Positions 57,851 through 64,000 of a DNA stretch of 64,000 bases are shown here, piece by piece; position 1 is the first letter of the stretch; each line of letters starts with the position of its first letter. The DNA is taken from the NCBI RefSeq assembly GCF_056746865.1, contig NZ_CM163382.1, one strand, 5' to 3'. The notes below the pieces were generated by a model. The model was not told the origin of the DNA. It saw only the letters and a program-made list of their open reading frames with translations, and made no database searches. The position numbers and the translations under genes are program-made.

Positions 57851-59059
57851 ATGAAACGACTACAAGCTTTCAAATTCCAGTTAAGACCAAATGGAAAACA
57901 GGAGCGTGAAATGAGGCGCTTCGCGGGCGCATGTCGTTTCGTTTTCAATCGTGCTCTGGCGCTTCAGAATGAGAATCATGAGGCCGGGAACAAATATATT
58001 TCTTATGCAAAGATGACTTCCTGGCTGGTTGAATGGAAAAATGCTACTGAAACGCAATGGCTTAAAGATTCTCCCTCACAGCCATTGCAGCAGTCACTGA
58101 AAGACCTTGAGCGAGCCTACAAAAATTTCTTTCAGAAGCGTGCCGCTTTTCCCCGATTCAAAAAGCGGGGACAGCATGATGCATTCCGCTATCCGCAGGG
58201 TGTTAAGCTCGATCAGGAAAACAGCCGTATTTTTCTGCCGAAACTGGGCTGGATGCGCTACCGGAACAGCCGTCAGGTCACGGGTGTTGTGAAAAATGTC
58301 ACTGTCAGCCAGTCCTGCGGTAAGTGGTACATCAGTATTCAGACAGAAAGTGAAGTATCAACTCCGGTTCACCCTTCAGCATTAATGGTCGGGCTGGATG
58401 CTGGCGTGGCTAAACTCGCCACGCTGTCAGATGGCACGGTCTTTGAGCCTGTAAACAGTTTTCATAAAAACCAGAAGAAGCTGGCGAGACTTCAGCGCCA
58501 GTTAAGCCGCAAGGTTAAATTCAGCAACAACTGGCAGAAGCAGAAACGCAAAATACAGCGACTGCATTCCCGTATCGCAAATATCCGCAGGGACTACCTT
58601 CACAAAGTCACAACGACCATCAGCAAAAACCACGCAATGATAGTCATTGAGGATTTGAAGGTCAGCAACATGTCAAAGTCAGCCTCGGGTACGGTCAGCC
58701 AGCCGGGGCGCAATGTCCGGGCAAAATCAGGTTTAAACCGTTCGATACTGGATCAGGGCTGGTATGAAATGCGCCGTCAGCTTGAGTACAAGCAGCTCTG
58801 GTGTGGCGGTCAGGTGCTTGCTGTTCCGCCAGCGTACACAAGCCAGCGTTGCGCGTGCTGTGGTCATACAGCGAAAGAAAATCGCCTGTCACAAAGTCAA
58901 TTCAGATGCCAGGTATGTGGATATACAGCGAACGCCGATGTAAACGGCGCTCGTAACATTTTAGCGGCGGGGCACGCCGTTCTTGCCTGTGGAGGGATGG
59001 TGCAGTCAGGCCGCCCGTTGAAGCAGGAACCCACCGAAATGATTCAGGCGACAGCCTGA
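57851..59059 (+). CDS. tnpB: TnpB (OrfB) RuvC-like RNA-guided nuclease
   Basis: 402 aa; N-terminus [17 protein letters not shown]; RuvC region [15 protein letters not shown]; zinc finger [12 protein letters not shown]...CQVCG; [10 protein letters not shown]. Confidence 0.85.
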   Translation: MKRLQAFKFQLRPNGKQEREMRRFAGACRFVFNRALALQNENHEAGNKYISYAKMTSWLVEWKNATETQWLKDSPSQPLQQSLKDLERAYKNFFQKRAAFPRFKKRGQHDAFRYPQGVKLDQENSRIFLPKLGWMRYRNSRQVTGVVKNVTVSQSCGKWYISIQTESEVSTPVHPSALMVGLDAGVAKLATLSDGTVFEPVNSFHKNQKKLARLQRQLSRKVKFSNNWQKQKRKIQRLHSRIANIRRDYLHKVTTTISKNHAMIVIEDLKVSNMSKSASGTVSQPGRNVRAKSGLNRSILDQGWYEMRRQLEYKQLWCGGQVLAVPPAYTSQRCACCGHTAKENRLSQSQFRCQVCGYTANADVNGARNILAAGHAVLACGGMVQSGRPLKQEPTEMIQATA

Positions 59060-59118
59060 ACGTAGCAGGAATCCACGTCCTTCAGGGCGTGGAGGATGTC
59101 AAATATCAATGCGACGAC
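58900..59118 (+). ncRNA. predicted TnpB omega-RNA (tnpB 3-prime end, right-end hairpin, flanking guide)
   Basis: inferred from IS200/IS605 architecture only; right-end hairpin 59073-59092; guide would be about 16 nt from 59103. Confidence 0.3.
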
Positions 59119-59258
59119 TGGAATGTTCCAGGAAGGCACAGAGGCCACCGAAGCAACCGGATAATTTAGAAGACCTGAAACGGTCGCTTAAACGCACTGA
59201 AAAAGAAATGGGGATAGATGGGATCGGGAAATCAGTATGGCGTAACTACCAGAAGTAA
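59109..59258 (+). CDS. possible small basic protein (49 aa)
   Basis: ATG at 59109 just right of the inferred IS end; MRRLECSRKAQRPPKQPDNLEDLKR...; followed by strong terminator; no clear RBS. Confidence 0.25.
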   Translation: MRRLECSRKAQRPPKQPDNLEDLKRSLKRTEKEMGIDGIGKSVWRNYQK

Positions 59259-59264
59259 GCACAG

Positions 59265-59289
59265 AGCCGGAGCAATCCGGCTTTTTTTT
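59265..59289 (+). terminator. rho-independent terminator
   Basis: agccgga-gcaa-tccggct stem followed by T8. Confidence 0.7.
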
Positions 59290-59389
59290 GGCTGAAATCA
59301 ATCAATCTGTTTTTGTGATAGAAATATATTTATCTACCACTTTTTTCGATCAATAATGTGCATAATTTAGTCATTAAGAGGAAATTGCT

Positions 59390-59596
59390 GTGAATTGTAT
59401 TAACGACCTGAACACAGGCGATGTCAGAGGTGGTTCCGTTCATCTGGATGCACAGACCGTGATGCGCCTTAAGCAGTACAGAATCGACCATGTGAACAAT
59501 CACCCTGATCAGCCATTACCAGGCGTGGCGCAGATTGTCAGACATGCCGTAAACGCCTGGCTTAATCAGAATGGTTTTGCATCGGGGGGTGAGTAA
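59390..59596 (+). CDS. small hypothetical protein, first gene of cargo operon
   Basis: 68 aa; GTG start with RBS aagagg 8 nt upstream; AT-rich promoter-like region upstream. Confidence 0.45.
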   Translation: MNCINDLNTGDVRGGSVHLDAQTVMRLKQYRIDHVNNHPDQPLPGVAQIVRHAVNAWLNQNGFASGGE

Positions 59597-59692
59597 TGAA
59601 TCGCTGGTACAGCATCAAAGCAGAGGGACGCCAATGTTATCTAACTCAGGTTTTATGAATTCTGACTCCCGATTCAAAATAGGAGGTTACTA

Positions 59693-62224
59693 ATGCCAGT
59701 CGTACCAACAGTATCCGGACGTCAGGTTGAGAGCCGTGGAGTTCAGTCAGCAGGCTTGCAGACGTTTTCTCAGCCAGGTATTGGTGATGCTTTTGTTCGG
59801 GCAGGGGCAGAGGCAATTGATGTTTTTGGTCAGGCAAAACAGCGTGCCAATATTGCCTTGATTCAGGAGGCATCCCTTAAACTCAGTCAGATAGGCAGTG
59901 ATCTGCTGAATAATCCTGAAACAGGATTGCTTAACCTGAAAGGGAAAAATGCTATTGGAAAAGGCCATGAGTATACACAGCAGTTTGATGCTCAGATCGA
60001 ACAACTGGCTATGTCGCTGCCGGATGAACAGGCTCGTAATGCTTTCATGCAGCAGGCGCAGCAGCAGCGTATTCAGTTCGCTACGCAGGCCGGGAGGTAC
60101 GAGATAGGGCAAATAAATGCCTACGAAGAAGGCCAGTTTCAGGCGACACTGCTGAATAATGGTAAAAATGCCTCAGCATTATATGGCGACAACGCAGCAT
60201 ACATATTGGCTAATACGCAAACTTTCCAGCAAATTGAGGATTACGGTATTGCGCATGGCTGGAGCGACGAGCAAATCCAGGCCAAGAAAATCGAGTTTAA
60301 AGAAGCAACAGCAAAAGCAACTGCTCAAAATGCTATTGGAGCAAACTATCTTCAGGTAAGACAGCAAAATGGCGAGTTAAGCGATACTGCTGCTGGATCT
60401 CGCCGTGCTGTAGCAGATAGTGGCTCTTCCGATCGTACCCGCGGTATACGCAACAATAACCCCGGCAATCTTGAATACAGCAAAACTAATCCGTGGATTG
60501 GGCAGACTGGTGATGATGGTCGCTTTGCCAAATTCGAAACCCCTGAACACGGTATTCGCGCGCTTGGTCGCAATTTGCTGTCGTATCAGCGTCAGGGTTA
60601 TGACACCATCAGCGAAATAATTAATCGCTGGGCACCGGCCAGTGATGATAATAAAACTGATGCTTATATACGGGCAGTATGTGCTCAGCTCGGTGTAACT
60701 CCTGACCAGCCGCTTGACGCATCAAATCCTGACACACTGAAATCTCTGTGCAAAGCAATTATTCATCATGAGCAAGGCAGTCAGCCGTACAGTGATCAGC
60801 AATTGGCCGCTGGCGTTAGTGCCGCACTGGGGCTTTCTCAGCTACCGACAAAAAATAAACGTTATACCGGTGTAGCCTGGTTCGATGCTTTAAGTGAATC
60901 AGATCAGGCCAGCGTGTTGCGACAGACGGATGCATTAGCCAGACAGCAGCAGGCTGAATATAGAACGATGCTCGAAAGCCGGGTTCGCGATGCAACGGCT
61001 GCGTATATGCGTGGCGTTGAATTTCCTAACCCGCCTGGTGAGGGTGAGTTCATTGCTGCTTATGGTGTCAGAGAAGGAAACCTGCGATATACCGAGTTCA
61101 GAAATTTGCAGATCGCCGGACAGTATATAGGCTCTTTCCGCAACATGCCGACAAGCAGCATTACCGCATATGTTGAGCAATTACGCCCGGATACTGGTGA
61201 GACAGGGGAGGGGTATGCGTCTCGTGCGGAGTTATTCGACCGGGTATCGGCGGCAGCCACGAAGGTAATAACCCAGAGGCAGAATAATCCGTTTAGTGCA
61301 GCGGTGGAAATCGGAGCCTATAAGCCGATCACCAGCAACAACCCTGACGACATCACTGCCGAGGTGGCTAACCGTTTCTCGTCGCAGGAAAGCTTACGCG
61401 CGTTGGGAATTAATGCCCCACTCCTCAACAGTGAAGAGGCGGCTGCGCTGGCACAGCAGGTGCGCGGCACTCAGAACGTTGACCAGACAATTAAACTGTT
61501 GCAGAGCATGGGGGAGAAGCTGCCTGCGCCAGCAATACGGCAGGTGGCATCTGTAATTGCTCCGAACAGTGCGGCAACAGCCTATTCTGCGCTGCTGCTG
61601 GGCACGCCGGATAACCAGTACGACAACACCAGGCCGACGATCCCATATAGTCAGTTCATCGGGTATAAGCCGACGATGAACAAGTACGACGTTGCAAAGG
61701 TTATTCTTTCCGGCGACCAACTACTGAATCCGACGAAGGCCATGAAGAATGCGGGCATAACTCCGGTACAGTTGCCGAGCGAAGATAAGATGAAAGACGC
61801 TTTCGACGAACAGGTAGGTAATGCATTTGCCCGTAACCCGCAGTTACGCCAGATCAGTTATAGCCTTTTCAAAGCCGCTTACGCAGGAATAGCTTATCAA
61901 TCTGGTGATGCCTCTACGGTAAGAACCAGTATGCCTGATACAGACATTGTAGCTGATGCCGTGAAGTATGCTACTGGCGGTATATACAATGGTTTTAATG
62001 GCGGCGACGTTGTAATGCCTTTTGGCATGGATAAATCTACTTTCAAAGATCGCTATACCACATCTGCGAAACAAGCACTGAAAGATGCCGGACTTAACGT
62101 AAATGCAGTGTCAAATTTCACGCCAGTTAATATCGGCAATAACCGGTATCGGCTTGTAAATGGTAGCGGACGCTGGGCAACAGATCCCAGAACCAATAAA
62201 GCTATTGTCGTGAGGGTTGAATAA
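59693..62224 (+). CDS. large hypothetical protein (843 aa), Q/A-rich
   Basis: strong RBS aggagg; conserved-looking central block IRNNNPGNLEYSKTNPWIGQ...FAKFETPEHGIRALGRNLLSYQRQGYDTISEIINRWAP; no P-loop; function unknown. Confidence 0.7.
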   Translation: MPVVPTVSGRQVESRGVQSAGLQTFSQPGIGDAFVRAGAEAIDVFGQAKQRANIALIQEASLKLSQIGSDLLNNPETGLLNLKGKNAIGKGHEYTQQFDAQIEQLAMSLPDEQARNAFMQQAQQQRIQFATQAGRYEIGQINAYEEGQFQATLLNNGKNASALYGDNAAYILANTQTFQQIEDYGIAHGWSDEQIQAKKIEFKEATAKATAQNAIGANYLQVRQQNGELSDTAAGSRRAVADSGSSDRTRGIRNNNPGNLEYSKTNPWIGQTGDDGRFAKFETPEHGIRALGRNLLSYQRQGYDTISEIINRWAPASDDNKTDAYIRAVCAQLGVTPDQPLDASNPDTLKSLCKAIIHHEQGSQPYSDQQLAAGVSAALGLSQLPTKNKRYTGVAWFDALSESDQASVLRQTDALARQQQAEYRTMLESRVRDATAAYMRGVEFPNPPGEGEFIAAYGVREGNLRYTEFRNLQIAGQYIGSFRNMPTSSITAYVEQLRPDTGETGEGYASRAELFDRVSAAATKVITQRQNNPFSAAVEIGAYKPITSNNPDDITAEVANRFSSQESLRALGINAPLLNSEEAAALAQQVRGTQNVDQTIKLLQSMGEKLPAPAIRQVASVIAPNSAATAYSALLLGTPDNQYDNTRPTIPYSQFIGYKPTMNKYDVAKVILSGDQLLNPTKAMKNAGITPVQLPSEDKMKDAFDEQVGNAFARNPQLRQISYSLFKAAYAGIAYQSGDASTVRTSMPDTDIVADAVKYATGGIYNGFNGGDVVMPFGMDKSTFKDRYTTSAKQALKDAGLNVNAVSNFTPVNIGNNRYRLVNGSGRWATDPRTNKAIVVRVE

Positions 62225-64000
62225 TGTCTGATGTTTTTTCTTTGGCTCCAGAAGGTCAGGCATGGATTGACGACAAAACAGTTGCCAACCCAGCAAGGCC
62301 AGAAGACTACGATCCGACTCCCTTCCAGGGTTCAGGTACTGCACTTTTGAGCGGCGTGGCGGAGGGGGCTCTCGGTCTCGCGCAGTCTGCCGTCGGATTC
62401 AGCAAGCGTCTGATTAGCGATCCGGCATTTACCGCAGACGTGGCACCGACAGTTAATATTTTTCGGGAGATGTTCCCTGATGCTGACAAAACACTGAATG
62501 ATACATACGACACGATCGGAAAACAGTTACAGGATGCCCGCAGCTATGTGAAGCCTGATGCAGGCAGCCAGGGAATGGCGGCTGAGGTATTAAATGAGCT
62601 TGGTAAATTTGTTCCTGCAATCGGAACAACTATGTTTGGTGGTCCGCTCATCGGCGCTGCTACAGCCTTCAGTTCTACGTATGAGCAGTCCTATCAGGAT
62701 TTTAAAGGGAAGGGAGTAGACGAGGCTACAGCGCGTAACCTGGCAACGCAGCAGAGCCTTTTCAATGCTGTGGGTATGGCCTTACCCGCTGCCGTCGGCA
62801 CCACACTGGCAACGCGCATTGCCTCAGGTGTGGCAATCAACACCGGATTCGGTGGACTGAACCGTTACTCAGTAGGCGCAACACTGGAGGAAAAAGGCTA
62901 CACGGAGATGGCAAAACAGTATCGGGTATTTGACGGTCAGGCGATGTTAGTCGATGCCGTTTTAGGCGGGGTCTTTGGTGGCGTTCATCACCTGACTACC
63001 CATAATAACCATGATGGTACAGAGTCGAACATTTCTGCAGAAGAAATAAAATCAACTTTTGGTGAACATTATCAGCAATCTCCTGATGGTAACATTGAGT
63101 CAATGGTTCGTGATTTATCTGATTCAGGAGTAATAGAACTTATTAATGAACCAGCAATAAAAAATAGTGATGGAGAAATACTTCTGAATAAAGGTCATGT
63201 GACAGTAGCTTCCGGAAAAGAACCAATAATAAGAATAAATATTAATGGATTAAAAGACCATGAAGAACTGTTAGAAACCCTTCATCACGAGGCGCTTCAT
63301 CTTGAGCAGCGCCATTACCCTGACTGGAAGGCCAGAAAGCTAGCTAATGCTGTACTTAAATCTGCAAACAAGCATTCTGACTATCCTGAATTTGCATATG
63401 GGATGTCACAATATTATGAATATAAGAAAAGGGGTGAGTACCCTGAAACATATCCTGAGTGGTTGTACGCTGAAGAAGTTGCCGCACATGCAGTAAATCC
63501 ATCTCTAAAGACAAGCGTTTCATCATGGGAAAAAATTATTTCAGGTTTTAAAGCCTATATATTCAGATACAGTGGTATTCAGGTTGGAACCGTTACACCT
63601 GAGCAGTTACGGTTACTCGTAAGTATGCGTCTTCGCAATATGAAACTGGAAGCCGCAGTAGAAAAAGTTTTTGGTATCCGGGCGAGGGAAAGAATAAAAC
63701 CAAGCGATATTGATGCAGCCCACATTTTGAATGAGGGGCTTCATTACGATATTGAATCGTCACCAGTGCTTCATACCAGCAATGAGAGCATCAACAGCCA
63801 TGTTGACGCCATGGATGAAGCATACAGGCAACTTAATGATGGTCAGCCTGTAAATGTTGGGGGGATGGCGCGAGGGCTTGATGGTCCATTGCGATCAGAT
63901 ATATCTGATACTTACCAAGAGCAATACCATGAAATACAAAAGGTTTTTGAAGAAAATGGTGTCAGATACGAAACATCATCAGAGCCAATTAGTGAATCGC
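62224..64000 (+). CDS. large hypothetical protein (partial, at least 592 aa), HExxH motif
   Basis: taATG overlap with previous gene; frame open to window end by manual translation; Gly-zipper hydrophobic segments; LHHEALHLE. Confidence 0.65.
   Translation, partial: MSDVFSLAPEGQAWIDDKTVANPARPEDYDPTPFQGSGTALLSGVAEGALGLAQSAVGFSKRLISDPAFTADVAPTVNIFREMFPDADKTLNDTYDTIGKQLQDARSYVKPDAGSQGMAAEVLNELGKFVPAIGTTMFGGPLIGAATAFSSTYEQSYQDFKGKGVDEATARNLATQQSLFNAVGMALPAAVGTTLATRIASGVAINTGFGGLNRYSVGATLEEKGYTEMAKQYRVFDGQAMLVDAVLGGVFGGVHHLTTHNNHDGTESNISAEEIKSTFGEHYQQSPDGNIESMVRDLSDSGVIELINEPAIKNSDGEILLNKGHVTVASGKEPIIRININGLKDHEELLETLHHEALHLEQRHYPDWKARKLANAVLKSANKHSDYPEFAYGMSQYYEYKKRGEYPETYPEWLYAEEVAAHAVNPSLKTSVSSWEKIISGFKAYIFRYSGIQVGTVTPEQLRLLVSMRLRNMKLEAAVEKVFGIRARERIKPSDIDAAHILNEGLHYDIESSPVLHTSNESINSHVDAMDEAYRQLNDGQPVNVGGMARGLDGPLRSDISDTYQEQYHEIQKVFEENGVRYETSSEPISES

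Larger units (their letters stand above)
57355..59102. mobile_element. IS200/IS605-family insertion sequence (divergent tnpA/tnpB)
   Basis: tnpA and tnpB flanked by subterminal hairpins sharing GTCCTTCAGG (57371-57390 and 59073-59092); TTAC at 57351-57354, TCAA at 59099-59102; boundaries inferred. Confidence 0.7.

Noticed and set aside
57829-57948. Longer 178-aa version of tnpA starting at 57948
   Set aside because: The extension would overlap the tnpB start; the internal ATG at 57826-57828 gives a 138-aa protein typical of IS200 TnpA.
62224-64000. HExxH as proof of a metallopeptidase
   Set aside because: A five-residue motif can occur by chance and I cannot see the downstream third zinc ligand context clearly; kept only as a hypothesis in the findings.

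Overview
This window looks like an Escherichia coli-type chromosome segment (non-K-12 layout), read from sequence and ORF track only; no database search was possible. Roughly 1-45 kb is conserved core: norR / norVW, hypF-hydN, ascGFB, the hyc operon divergent from hypABCDE-fhlA, a Mop-type molbindin gene, ygbA, mutS, a variable AT-rich mutS-rpoS region (Sel1-repeat protein, pphB, UbiX/UbiD-type decarboxylase operon, MarR regulator), then rpoS-nlpD-pcm-surE-truD-ispF-ispD-ftsB-ygbE-cysCND-iap. From 45.05 to 48.84 kb sits a decaying type I-E CRISPR-Cas locus: an 18-spacer array with leader, cas2, cas1 with an in-frame TAA at codon 200, cas6e, and a 5-prime-truncated cas5e; cas7, cse2, cse1 and cas3 are absent from the window. 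Abutting the truncated cas5e (48.84 kb to window end) is an AT-richer integrative element: P4-family integrase, AlpA, antirepressors, a replication module with iterons and SSB, an IS200/IS605 insertion (tnpA/tnpB), and an operon of two large uncharacterised genes, the second running off the window. The best candidates for something undescribed are the island cargo genes (the 265-aa gene beside int and the 68-aa/843-aa/592+-aa operon); I could not assign either a function.
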